The notes beneath the pieces were generated by a model that saw only the letters and a list, made by a program, of their open reading frames with translations, was not told the DNA's origin and searched no databases. Shown here in pieces: positions 29,648-39,244 of a stretch of DNA of 53,179 bases (position 1 is its first letter; the number at the start of each line of letters is the position of its first letter). The DNA lies in assembly GCA_038904515.1 (NCBI GenBank), contig JBCKKA010000004.1, positions 1-53,179 of the forward strand, given 5' to 3'. Position numbers and translations under genes: made by a program. Source of the DNA: Acidimicrobiia bacterium (lineage in GTDB: Bacteria; Actinomycetota; Acidimicrobiia; IMCC26256; PALSA-555).

Positions 29648-29762
29648 CGCTGCCTCGCCCGGCGGAAAACTTTTCAGTTATTCCATTACCTTGCTAGCTG
29701 GTAACCGAGGCCAAGATTTGACTTGAGGTTACTGGCGAGCCACAGACCGGATGTCTTCGGCT
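29648..29762 (-). promoter_or_regulatory. L10 leader-like autoregulatory RNA
   Basis: mRNA CCGAAGACAUCCGG...CCGGGCGAGG resembles the AGAC..GG / CC..GAGG core of L10 leaders; directly upstream of rplJ. Confidence 0.65.
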
Positions 29763-29811
29763 TATTAAAATTTTGTAAGTACGAACGATACCCGAGGTCG
29801 GGGTGCGAACG

Positions 29812-30561
29812 CTAACCCGCCACCATCGACCCCGCTGCCATCGACCCGGACACCATCGACCCCGCTTCAGTGGAGATGGCGGTGGGGTCGACGCGAACGC
29901 TGGGGCTCATAGCGGCCGATACCGATACCGAAGTGAGGTACCGACCCTTGAGCGAGGCGGGCTTCACCCGCATCAACTCATCGAACACCGCTCGGAAGTT
30001 TTCGGCCAACTGTTCGGGTGTGAAACTCGTCTTGCCAATGCTTACATGGACATTTCCGTTGCGATCAGTACGGTATTCAACCTTGCCGGCCTTAAAATCA
30101 GCTACCGCTTTGCCCACATCGGGAGTAACGGTGCCCGTCTTCGGATTCGGCATAAGACCACGCGGTCCTAGAGCCCGACCGAGTTTTCCGACTTTAGCCA
30201 TGAGCCCAGGAGTGGAAATCGCGATATCAAAGTCAAGAAAACCGCCTTCGACCCGCGCCACCAAATCGTCGGCCCCGACCACATCGGCGCCCGCGGCTTC
30301 GGCCGCGCGCGCAGCATCGCCCTCGGCAAATACTGCTATCCGAACTGATCGTCCGGTGCCGTGAGGCAAAGCCACGGTGCCCCGCACCATTTGCTCCGCT
30401 TTACGAGGATCAACGCCCAACCGGAAAGCACCGTCGACGGTTTGGTCAAATTTACGCGCCGGAAATGACTTGATGAGATTCATCGCGTCCGCGAGCGAGT
30501 AAAGCTGCTCGGGGTCGTGCATTGCTATTGCGTCTTGGTAAATCTTGCCGTGCTGAGCCAT
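29812..30561 (-). CDS. rplA: 50S ribosomal protein L1 (C-terminal GSMxx x3 repeat)
   Basis: [30 protein letters not shown]; 15-bp repeat at 29822-29866. Confidence 0.97.
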   Translation of the reverse strand: MAQHGKIYQDAIAMHDPEQLYSLADAMNLIKSFPARKFDQTVDGAFRLGVDPRKAEQMVRGTVALPHGTGRSVRIAVFAEGDAARAAEAAGADVVGADDLVARVEGGFLDFDIAISTPGLMAKVGKLGRALGPRGLMPNPKTGTVTPDVGKAVADFKAGKVEYRTDRNGNVHVSIGKTSFTPEQLAENFRAVFDELMRVKPASLKGRYLTSVSVSAAMSPSVRVDPTAISTEAGSMVSGSMAAGSMVAG

Positions 30562-30590
30562 TTTTATCCTCCCGGCGCCTGCGCGCAGGT

Positions 30591-31019
30591 TTAGTTGGTG
30601 ATTTTGATTCCCATCGATCGAGCGGTACCGGCCACTTGAGCCATCGCCCCTTCAATATTTTGTGCATTCAAGTCGGGCATCTTGATTTCGGCAATTTCTC
30701 GAACCTGAGTCGAAGTAACGGTACCGGCTTCGTCGGTACGCGGATTAGCCGCACCCTTTTCGATTCCCGCTGCTTGTCGCAACAAAAACGGAGTGGGGGG
30801 CGTCTTGGTGATGAACTCAAAGCTCCGGTCTTCGAAAATCGAGATCTCGACCGGAACGACCGTTCCTCGTTGGCCCTCGGTTTGAGCGTTATACGCCTTG
30901 CAAAAGTCCATGATGTTAATTCCGTGCGGACCCAGCGCAGTACCCACTGGCGGCGCCGGAGTAGCGGCGCCCGCCTGAATCTGAATTTTAACTAATGCGG
31001 TGACTTTTTTCTTTACCAT
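30591..31019 (-). CDS. rplK: 50S ribosomal protein L11
   Basis: [20 protein letters not shown]. Confidence 0.97.
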   Translation of the reverse strand: MVKKKVTALVKIQIQAGAATPAPPVGTALGPHGINIMDFCKAYNAQTEGQRGTVVPVEISIFEDRSFEFITKTPPTPFLLRQAAGIEKGAANPRTDEAGTVTSTQVREIAEIKMPDLNAQNIEGAMAQVAGTARSMGIKITN

Positions 31020-31072
31020 GGTTATCCCTTAATAGTGCCGACCGAAGTCGTGCTAATGAAAATCCTGACCTT

Positions 31073-31122
31073 ACGATTTCAGATTTAACGATTTCAGATT
31101 TAACGATTTCAGATTTAACGAT

Positions 31123-31125
<3 letters not shown>
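31073..31125. repeat. 15-bp x3.5 repeat starting at the nusG stop codon
   Basis: (ACGATTTCAGATTTA)3 ACGATTTA; nusG stop at 31123-31125. Confidence 0.93.
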
Positions 31126-31896
<771 letters not shown>

Positions 31897-31933
31897 GGTC
31901 AGCCGTTCTGTAGGTAATTACGCGAATCAATAC

Positions 31934-32221
31934 TTATTTGAATAGGAACGAAACAAAATTGGAGGATGCATAGTCGTAGCCAAATATCACAGTTGTCATA
32001 AAAACAACGGCAATCAAAACGACAATGGTGGAGTTAAGAACTTCTTTACGGTTAGGCCAAGCAACTTTTTTGAGTTCGGATTTAACTTCAGAAAAAAACT
32101 GGAGTATGCCGGTGCGTTCACGCTTGGGTTCACTTCCTGGCTGCGGGCGCGTCCGGCGATCGGCAGCACGAGGTTGATCGCCACCTTGGCGCTCCATCAT
32201 TCGCTTACTTTGTCGGTTCAC
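31934..32221 (-). CDS. secE: Preprotein translocase SecE
   Basis: EVKSELKKVAWPNRKE plus one TM segment; GTG start after an AGGA SD. Confidence 0.93.
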   Translation of the reverse strand: MNRQSKRMMERQGGDQPRAADRRTRPQPGSEPKRERTGILQFFSEVKSELKKVAWPNRKEVLNSTIVVLIAVVFMTTVIFGYDYASSNFVSFLFK

Positions 32222-32269
32222 AAATAATCCTGTTTTATGGTTAATGAATAAATACTGGTGGATAGTTAC

Positions 32270-32345
32270 TGGCAGGGCAGGAGGGAATCGAACCCCCAAC
32301 CGCCGGTTTTGGAGACCGGTGCTCTACCAATTGAGCTACTGCCCT
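32270..32345 (-). tRNA. tRNA-Trp (CCA)
   Basis: Cloverleaf AGGGCAG...CTCCAAA...GGTTCGATTCC...CTGCCCTGCCA; 3' CCA encoded. Confidence 0.96.
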
Positions 32346-32353
32346 CCGGATTT

Positions 32354-32372
32354 CCAAGGATAGCAAAGCATC
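32354..32372 (-). promoter_or_regulatory. Putative extended -10 promoter for tRNA-Trp
   Basis: GATGCTTTGCTATCCTTGG (TGn-TATCCT), with the -10 about 11 nt before the tRNA. Confidence 0.6.
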
Positions 32373-32437
32373 CGTAAGCATGGCTGAGGTGCTAACCGAG
32401 GCGGTGGGGGGCGCGGGCACAGCGGGTCTTCATCTGA

Positions 32438-32599
32438 TTAACGGGTCTCCTTATGAAGGGTATGAGCACGGTCGAATCGGCAATATTTCCGCATTTCGAT
32501 GCGTTCGCGCTGGGTGTTTTTATTTTTAGTGGTTATGTAGTTTCTCCGCTTGCAAACTTCACAGGCCAAAGTCACCTTGGGTCGCTTATCACTCGCCAT
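32438..32599 (-). CDS. rpmG: 50S ribosomal protein L33
   Basis: Hand translation: [53 protein letters not shown]. Confidence 0.95.
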   Translation of the reverse strand: MASDKRPKVTLACEVCKRRNYITTKNKNTQRERIEMRKYCRFDRAHTLHKETR

Positions 32600-33810
32600 C
32601 GTCGTCGTCCTTTGACTATCGAACTACTTGAGGATCTTGACGACTCGACCGGCACCTACGGTGCGTCCACCCTCACGGATGGCGAAGCGGAGGCCGTCCT
32701 CCATGGCGATGGGAGCAATTAACTCCACCGTCATTTCGGTGTTGTCGCCGGGCATGACCATTTCGGTGCCCTTAGGCAATTCAATGGAGCCGGTGATGTC
32801 GGTAGTGCGGAAATAGAACTGCGGTCGGTAGTTACCGAAGAACGGCGTGTGCCGACCACCTTCGTCTTTGGTCAATACATAGACCTGAGCTTCAAAGTTG
32901 GTGTGGGGAGTAATCGAACCGGGCTTGGCTAATACCTGACCCCGCTCGACATCTTCTTTCTTAGTTCCCCGCAACAGTATGCCAACGTTGTCACCGGCAC
33001 GACCTTCGTCGAGAAGTTTGCGGAACATCTCCACTCCGGTGCAGACCGTCTTGGTGGTGTCGCGAATACCGACGATTTCGATTTCCTCGTTGATCTTAAC
33101 GATGCCCCGCTCAACCCGACCGGTTACGACGGTGCCCCGACCAGTGATGGTGAAGACATCTTCGATAGGCATAAGGAAAGGCTTCTCAATCTCGCGCACC
33201 GGCTCAACGATGAACGAGTCGACGGCATCCATTAGTTCGACAATCTTGTCGCCCCATTCCGCGTCACCTTCAAGGGCTTTGAGCGCACTAACTCGAACGA
33301 TGGGGACATTGTCGCCATCAAACTCATAAGCGTTGAGCAATTCACGCACTTCGAGCTCAACGAGTTCGAGAATTTCTTCATCGTCGACCATGTCGATCTT
33401 GTTAAGCGCTACCACTAGGTTCGGAACACCAACCTGGCGAGCCAACAGAACATGCTCACGAGTTTGCGGCATCGGACCATCAGTGGCGGCGACAACCAAA
33501 ATCGCTCCGTCCATCTGCGCGGCACCCGTAATCATGTTCTTGATGTAGTCAGCGTGACCTGGGCAATCAACATGCGCGTAGTGACGGTTCTCGGTTTCGT
33601 ATTCCACGTGCGAAATTGAAATAGTGATACCGCGCTGCTTCTCTTCGGGCGCCTTGTCGATTTCATCGAAGGCAGTGAAGTTAGTGTTGGGGTTGCGAGT
33701 TGATAGCACCTTGGTAATGGCCGCGGTCAAGGTCGTCTTGCCGTGGTCAATGTGACCAATCGTGCCGATATTTAAATGCGGCTTGTTCCGCACGAACTTA
33801 GCCTTGGCCA
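32590..33810. repeat. Long direct repeat copy 2 (tuf, spacer and 10 nt of rpmG)
   Basis: Matches 16206-17426. Confidence 0.9.
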
Positions 33811-33811
33811 T
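32624..33811 (-). CDS. tuf: Elongation factor Tu (tRNA-linked copy, ATG start)
   Basis: Same protein as the other copy except K instead of N at residue 178. Confidence 0.98.
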   Translation of the reverse strand: MAKAKFVRNKPHLNIGTIGHIDHGKTTLTAAITKVLSTRNPNTNFTAFDEIDKAPEEKQRGITISISHVEYETENRHYAHVDCPGHADYIKNMITGAAQMDGAILVVAATDGPMPQTREHVLLARQVGVPNLVVALNKIDMVDDEEILELVELEVRELLNAYEFDGDNVPIVRVSALKALEGDAEWGDKIVELMDAVDSFIVEPVREIEKPFLMPIEDVFTITGRGTVVTGRVERGIVKINEEIEIVGIRDTTKTVCTGVEMFRKLLDEGRAGDNVGILLRGTKKEDVERGQVLAKPGSITPHTNFEAQVYVLTKDEGGRHTPFFGNYRPQFYFRTTDITGSIELPKGTEMVMPGDNTEMTVELIAPIAMEDGLRFAIREGGRTVGAGRVVKILK

Positions 33812-33900
33812 GGTGTTCCCTTTCGGTGTCGATTCTTTATTGTCGCTCGGGTCTTAGATTGTAGAACATCGCGCGTGGTCACTCCCAAGGGGGCTAGCTC

Positions 33901-33977
33901 TGGTAGCGGGGGCGGGACTCGAACCCGCGACCACACGATTATGAGCCGTGTGCTCTGACCAACTGAGCTACCCCGCC
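33901..33977 (-). tRNA. tRNA-Met (CAT), elongator type
   Basis: GGCGGGGTAGCTCAG...CTCATAA...GGTTCGAGTCCC...CTACCA; lacks the initiator GGG/CCC anticodon stem. Confidence 0.92.
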
Positions 33978-34010
33978 GGGATCCCAACGCCGTTACCAGC
34001 GTTGGACTTG

Positions 34011-34083
34011 AGCCCCCTTACGGACTTGAACCGTAGACCCCTTCCTTACCATGGAAGTGCTCTGCCAACTGAGCTAAGGGGGC
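34011..34083 (-). tRNA. tRNA-Thr (GGT)
   Basis: GCCCCCTTAGCTCAG...CTTCC-ATGGTAA-GGAAG...GGTTCAAGTCC...AGGGGGCT; CCA not encoded. Confidence 0.95.
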
Positions 34084-34089
34084 GAATGA

Positions 34090-34108
34090 CCAAGCGTAGC
34101 AAAGCATC
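34090..34108 (-). promoter_or_regulatory. Putative extended -10 promoter for tRNA-Thr/Met/tuf
   Basis: GATGCTTTGCTACGCTTGG (TGn-TACGCT), with the -10 about 9 nt before the tRNA. Confidence 0.6.
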
Positions 34109-34207
34109 TCGGTGAATTACCCAGAGATCATTGCGGTGTGCTGTGCTGATCACGCGATTGATATTGATTGGCCAGTAGCAGTGCTCAAACCGATAGCGTC
34201 AGAACCC

Positions 34208-34723
34208 ATGAACCCACCTGCGGCCGAGGCTCCCGTGACGATTCGCCGAGCCGAATCACGCGACACCGAAGCTATTCTCGCGATTTATAACGTTGCTGTG
34301 GTTGAGACCACCGTCACTTTCGACCTCGTCCCCCGCAGTCACGAAGAACAAATCGACTGGATAAACGACCATTCGGGGAGTTATCCCGCAGTAGTTGCCG
34401 TCGACGCCGCCGACACCGTCGTTGGTTTTGGCTCTCTCTCGGCGTATCGCGACCGTCCCGCTTACACCACCACCGTGGAGGATTCGGTCTATGTCGAAGA
34501 AAACGTACGGGGACAAAAAATTGGCTCACTAATACTGGACGAGCTCATACGCTTGGGTGCCGATCACGGTTTCCATAGCGTGATTGCTCGCATTGTTGGT
34601 GGCCACGAAGCCAGTATTGCGTTGCACCGCGCTCACGGTTTCGAATTAGTTGGCACTGAACGCGAAGTGGGTCGCAAATTCAATAAATGGCTCGACATAG
34701 TGCTGATGCAGCGAATTCTTTAG
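34208..34723 (+). CDS. GNAT N-acetyltransferase (YncA/MddA/PAT-like)
   Basis: AIYNVAV..TTVTFD, AYTTTVEDSVYV, RGQKIG, SIALHRAHGF, EVGRKFNKWLD; start set to ATG 34208. Confidence 0.88.
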   Translation: MNPPAAEAPVTIRRAESRDTEAILAIYNVAVVETTVTFDLVPRSHEEQIDWINDHSGSYPAVVAVDAADTVVGFGSLSAYRDRPAYTTTVEDSVYVEENVRGQKIGSLILDELIRLGADHGFHSVIARIVGGHEASIALHRAHGFELVGTEREVGRKFNKWLDIVLMQRIL

Positions 34724-34760
34724 CCGTAACTGATTTTTATTTATCCCGCCACAATATGGG

Positions 34761-34784
34761 CGCCCGCCGAAATCTCGGCGGGCG
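34761..34784. terminator. GC-rich hairpin between convergent GNAT and tRNA-Tyr
   Basis: CGCCCGCCGA-AATC-TCGGCGGGCG perfect 10-bp stem; no U tract. Confidence 0.55.
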
Positions 34785-34792
34785 ACGAACAG

Positions 34793-34873
34793 TGGGCCGG
34801 GCTGGGTTCGAACCAGCGAAGCTTACGCGACGGTTTTACAGACCGTTCCCTTTGGCCACTCGGGCACCGACCC
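34793..34873 (-). tRNA. tRNA-Tyr (GTA)
   Basis: GGGTCGGTGCCCGAGTGGCCAAAGGG...CTGTAAA, long variable arm, GGTTCGAACCC; TGcTATCGT -10-like element upstream (34883-34891). Confidence 0.95.
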
Positions 34874-34939
34874 AGGATGCGTACGATAGCAGTCGGACAA
34901 ATCTACTAGATCCGAATTCAAATAAAGAGGGGGGAATGA

Positions 34940-35428
34940 ATGCCCAGTTTTGATGTGGTATCACAGATCGATCAACAAGAGGTAAAAAACGCCGTCGACC
35001 AAGCGGCACGGGAGATTTCGACTCGCTACGACTTCAAGGGGACCCAATCTTCAATCGAGCTGATCGATAAGACCATCGAATTAAAGACCGAAAGCGATGC
35101 CAAACTCAAGGCGCTCACCCAAATTCTTGAAGAAAAATTGGTGAGACGCAAAGTGTCGCTCAAGGCACTGTCGTACGGCAAAGTAGAAGAGGCCACCAAA
35201 GGAACCGTCCGCCAAGTAGTAACGCTCAACTCCGGCATCAACCAAGAAAAGGCTAAAGCGATCGCCAAGTTTCTAAAAGAACTAAACCCCAAAGGTCTCT
35301 CTCACCAAATTCAGGGCGAGCAATTGCGCGTTACCAGTAAAAAGCGTGACGATCTGCAAACGGCAATCGAAGCGATGACCGGTCACGATTTTGGGATTCC
35401 GATGCAGTTCGAAAACTTTCGCGATTAG
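34940..35428 (+). CDS. yajQ: YajQ family nucleotide-binding protein
   Basis: MPSFDVVS, NAVDQA, RYDFKG, KKRDDLQ, QFENFRD. Confidence 0.95.
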   Translation: MPSFDVVSQIDQQEVKNAVDQAAREISTRYDFKGTQSSIELIDKTIELKTESDAKLKALTQILEEKLVRRKVSLKALSYGKVEEATKGTVRQVVTLNSGINQEKAKAIAKFLKELNPKGLSHQIQGEQLRVTSKKRDDLQTAIEAMTGHDFGIPMQFENFRD

Positions 35429-35466
35429 TTAGCCCCTCAACGCGATCTGATCTTCGACGGGATTAT

Positions 35467-35961
35467 TTATGCGTAATACCCCGAGTGTTTGTAGAGGCAC
35501 GGAATTCCTTCGGCCCGAAACATCTCTACATTTCTCAGGTCGTCCTCGATAGCAATAACTAAATCGAAACCCGCGGCTCGTAAATCAGCAGTTACTTCAC
35601 ACTTGAAGTCGCGAGAAACTGGTAGCGATCCAGTAGGACGCATGATTAAAAGATCCCAACGGATTGAATAACGATGTAGCCAAGCTTCGGTTAGTGGATG
35701 CACTCGTTGCGGTCGCGCCGTCAACAGAATTATTCGTAACGCGGGGTCGAGCAGGTCTAACAACACCCGCACTTCTTCAATGACAGGGTCGTCACCCGCG
35801 GCATCGAAGAATCCTCGCCAATTTTGATTTTTGGTTTCGAGATAGTGCTGACGGCTGGTGGCTTCCGACAACACCCCGTCGATATCGACTACGGCCGCCC
35901 GTATTGGGTTATCCGATTCGAGTACGCCGTTACGCCAAGTCCAGTTGTCGGGTGAAGGCAT
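35467..35961 (-). CDS. HAD-family phosphatase resembling the polynucleotide kinase 3'-phosphatase domain
   Basis: VVDIDGVL (motif I), LTARP (II), LIMRP...DFK (III), IEDD (IV). Confidence 0.7.
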   Translation of the reverse strand: MPSPDNWTWRNGVLESDNPIRAAVVDIDGVLSEATSRQHYLETKNQNWRGFFDAAGDDPVIEEVRVLLDLLDPALRIILLTARPQRVHPLTEAWLHRYSIRWDLLIMRPTGSLPVSRDFKCEVTADLRAAGFDLVIAIEDDLRNVEMFRAEGIPCLYKHSGYYA

Positions 35962-35984
35962 CAAATCTTTAAGTCATTTCTGAA

Positions 35985-37958
35985 TCAGTCTTCGTCGATA
36001 CGGTCGGACGCGGCAAGAAAACTTTTCGCGATTGCTTCAACCACACTCGGATCGGCGAGGGTTGTGGTATCGCCCAGCGTGTGATGCTCGCTTACATCGC
36101 GAAGCAAACGGCGCATGATTTTTCCCGACCGCGTCTTGGGCAAATCTTCAGTGAACAACACCGTCTTAGGTTTAGCGATAGGGCCGATAGTTTGCGCGAC
36201 ATGGTTACGAATCTCTTCACCTAGTTGTTCACTCGGAGTTTGTCCGGCGCGCAAAATTACAAACGCAGCAATAGCCTGTCCGGTTACCGCATCGGTGCGT
36301 CCCACTACGGCCGCCTCGGCTACCGCGGGATGGCTAACAATCGCATGCTCTACTTCGGCGGTGGAAATGTTGTGACCGGATACCAACATCACATCGTCGA
36401 CGCGGCCTAACAGCCAGTAGTAGCCGTCTTCGTCACGCTTAGCGCCGTCGCCCGCGAAATAAAACCCAGGGAAACGGCTCCAATAAGTTTCTTGATAGCG
36501 GTCAGGATCACCCCAAATTCCGCGCAGCATTGCCGGCCACGGGGCCGTGAGGACTAAGTAGCCCCCACCCGGTATGCCAACGCTCTTACCAGATTCATCG
36601 AAAATATCTACACCGATACCGGGCAACGCCAAAGTGGCCGAGCCGGGTTTCAACTCAGTAATGCCGGGCAGCGGGCTAATCATTGCCGCGCCGGTTTCGG
36701 TTTGCCACCAAGTATCAACAATTGGGCACCGGCTCGCGCCGATGTTAGTGAAGTACCAGATCCACGCTTCCGGATTTATAGGTTCTCCTACTGATCCGAT
36801 TAGACGCAACGAAGAAAGGTCGTGACCCGCGGGATACTTATCCCCCCACTTCATAAACGAGCGGATGGCGGTGGGCGCGGTATAAAAAATTGTCACACCG
36901 TAACGGGCGATGATTTGCCAAAGTCGATCTTTATCAGGAAAATCGGGCGTTCCTTCGTAGATGACGCTGGTAGTGCGATTCATGAGCGGGCCGTAGACCA
37001 CGTATGAATGTCCGGTCACCCAACCCACATCAGCACCACACCAATAAACATCGTGATCGGATTTGATATCAAAAATTGCTTTGTGGGTATAAGCCACTTG
37101 GGTGAGATACCCACCCGTGGTGTGCATGATCCCTTTGGGCTTAGCAGTAGTCCCCGAGGTATAAAGCAAGAACAAGAGATCTTCCGCTTCCATAATTTCG
37201 GGCGGACATATTGTTTCCTGCTGGGGGACCAAGTCGTGCCACCAAATGTCGCGTCCTTCGGTAAAAGGAACCTCTTGTTCGGTACGGCGCAAGACCAGTA
37301 CTCGCTCAATAGTGGGACACTGCGCTACTGCGGTATCGGCAGTTTCTTTAAGAGGAAAAACTGTGCCCCGTCGCCACGAACCATCAGCAGTAATAAGAAC
37401 TTTCGCGCCCGCGTCGTTGATCCGGTCGCGTAATGAATCCGACGAAAAACCACCGAATACCACTGAGTGAGCCGCGCCAATACGAGAACACGCCAACAGC
37501 GCGGTCGACAATTCGGGCACCATGCCCAAATAAATATTTACTCGATCGCCCCGTTGTACGCCTAGGGCTTTGAGTGCATTGGCCAATTGACATACATCAT
37601 TAAGAAGGTCGGCGTAAGTAATGGTGCGAGTATCGCCCGGCTCACCTTCCCAGTAATAAGCAACTTGATCGCCGTGACCATTATTCACATGCCGATCAAG
37701 ACAGTTATACGACGCGTTAAGTTGACCACCTTCAAACCACTTGACGGACGGAAGTTTCCAATCGCATACCGTGTGCCACGGCTCGAACCAATCAAGTGAG
37801 TCTTTAGCAACTTGAGCCCAAAATTTCTGGGGATCGGCGGCCGCCTCGGCGTAAATAGCGGGATCGGTAAGGTCGGCGGCGTCACGAAAAGATTCGGACG
37901 GGGCAAAAGTGCGCTCCTCTACTAAGAAGGATTCAATAGCTTCTGGCGCATCTGGCAC
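35985..37958 (-). CDS. acs: Acetyl-CoA synthetase (start uncertain: GTG 37958 or TTG 37967)
   Basis: [37 protein letters not shown]. Confidence 0.95.
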   Translation of the reverse strand: MPDAPEAIESFLVEERTFAPSESFRDAADLTDPAIYAEAAADPQKFWAQVAKDSLDWFEPWHTVCDWKLPSVKWFEGGQLNASYNCLDRHVNNGHGDQVAYYWEGEPGDTRTITYADLLNDVCQLANALKALGVQRGDRVNIYLGMVPELSTALLACSRIGAAHSVVFGGFSSDSLRDRINDAGAKVLITADGSWRRGTVFPLKETADTAVAQCPTIERVLVLRRTEQEVPFTEGRDIWWHDLVPQQETICPPEIMEAEDLLFLLYTSGTTAKPKGIMHTTGGYLTQVAYTHKAIFDIKSDHDVYWCGADVGWVTGHSYVVYGPLMNRTTSVIYEGTPDFPDKDRLWQIIARYGVTIFYTAPTAIRSFMKWGDKYPAGHDLSSLRLIGSVGEPINPEAWIWYFTNIGASRCPIVDTWWQTETGAAMISPLPGITELKPGSATLALPGIGVDIFDESGKSVGIPGGGYLVLTAPWPAMLRGIWGDPDRYQETYWSRFPGFYFAGDGAKRDEDGYYWLLGRVDDVMLVSGHNISTAEVEHAIVSHPAVAEAAVVGRTDAVTGQAIAAFVILRAGQTPSEQLGEEIRNHVAQTIGPIAKPKTVLFTEDLPKTRSGKIMRRLLRDVSEHHTLGDTTTLADPSVVEAIAKSFLAASDRIDED

Positions 37959-37989
37959 ATCTGGCAATCTAGCAACCTGATCTACTTCC

Positions 37990-39168
37990 TTACCGAGGCT
38001 TGAGCACAATCACTCGATGGCCACCCAAACCGACTGGGTCGGTAAGGGCTTGGGCTTCGCTCCCACGACTGCGCCCAACGAGCGCTTCAAGATCGCCAAG
38101 GTGCGCTCGCTCCTCCCAGATCGCGCGTCCGGCGGCAACTAAGTCGTCAATACCGAGCTCATTTAGCCATTGGGCTTGCGAAGATTCGGAACTAATGTTC
38201 AAACCGGCCCGGTGCGCGGACAAGGCCAAGTACTCAAGGGGAACATCGCAAGTGATATCGCGGGTTCCGGGGTCGGCGTAAGGATCGGAGCCGCGTTCAT
38301 GAGCCCGGTAGGTGCGCAGCCACCCCATTTTTTCGCGTGCCAACAACTGGACGATCGGAGCTCCGTAATCAATGAGCACTACTTCACCTCGATCCAGCAG
38401 TTTTCCAACTCGGCCTAAAAAGCTAGTAGTGACTTCGGGGACCGGAATACGTGCACCGATGGTGACCGCGACATCGGCGGCGACTAAGTCGGCCTCGATC
38501 ACCAAGTCGGCTGAAGCCGGAATCAATACTTCGGTCAAGTTGTCGTGGCTATCGAGACCGACGCGAACTTCGAGCCAACCGATCTCGCCCCGCTCGACAA
38601 TGCGAACCGGAAGATTATCTAATAACTCATTAGCTAAAACTACGCCGGTTAAGACGACCGCGGGTAGGTCGTCGAGCGCGGTAACCAGTGGCCCCGAACG
38701 CGGGATCAATTCGGGTGGTTCGTCGGGGTCGGTTCCCGCTACTGCGGGGCCCAGAACTTCGTCAGCGGGTTCGATAGTTAGTCGTTGGCGTTGCTCTTCG
38801 CGGTGTCGGGCCGAAGTTTCTACCAGTACATAACGCAGAGCCGTTGAACAATTAGGTTCGGAATTCAGGATCGTCGCGGCCAACCGACCGTTACCTGCAC
38901 CAACTTCAACTACAAAAAATGGATCGGGAGTGCCGAGGCGAACCCACGCCTGATCAAGAAATCGTGCAACAAGCACGCCGAATAACGGACCCACTTCGGG
39001 ACTAGTTATAAAATCTCCCTCTGCTCGGCCCGCGCCCGACTCGGCAAAAAATCCGTGGTCGGGATCGTAAAGCGCAATCGACTGATACTCGGCAAAAGTA
39101 ATAGGACCGTTACGCCGAATACGATCGTTGAGTAAGTGGCTAACTCCTAAAAGTAAAGGATCTGGCAT
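37990..39168 (-). CDS. SAM-dependent methyltransferase, MidA/NDUFAF7 family
   Basis: [65 protein letters not shown]. Confidence 0.88.
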   Translation of the reverse strand: MPDPLLLGVSHLLNDRIRRNGPITFAEYQSIALYDPDHGFFAESGAGRAEGDFITSPEVGPLFGVLVARFLDQAWVRLGTPDPFFVVEVGAGNGRLAATILNSEPNCSTALRYVLVETSARHREEQRQRLTIEPADEVLGPAVAGTDPDEPPELIPRSGPLVTALDDLPAVVLTGVVLANELLDNLPVRIVERGEIGWLEVRVGLDSHDNLTEVLIPASADLVIEADLVAADVAVTIGARIPVPEVTTSFLGRVGKLLDRGEVVLIDYGAPIVQLLAREKMGWLRTYRAHERGSDPYADPGTRDITCDVPLEYLALSAHRAGLNISSESSQAQWLNELGIDDLVAAGRAIWEERAHLGDLEALVGRSRGSEAQALTDPVGLGGHRVIVLKPR

Positions 39169-39244
39169 CGCGGCGTTCTCCGTAGTCTGCGGTGCGAACG
39201 CCAAGTAATAAATTACGCACAAACTTGGTCGGCGCGGTAAAACC

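Noticed and set aside
30562-30590. Possible L1-binding site in the rplK-rplA spacer
   Set aside because: A small hairpin and GGGAGG are present, but GGGAGG is explained as the SD and I cannot identify the full L1 site
33984-34005. Hairpin CCAACGC...GCGTTGG between tRNA-Thr and tRNA-Met
   Set aside because: Ordinary precursor spacer structure; nothing indicates a separate element
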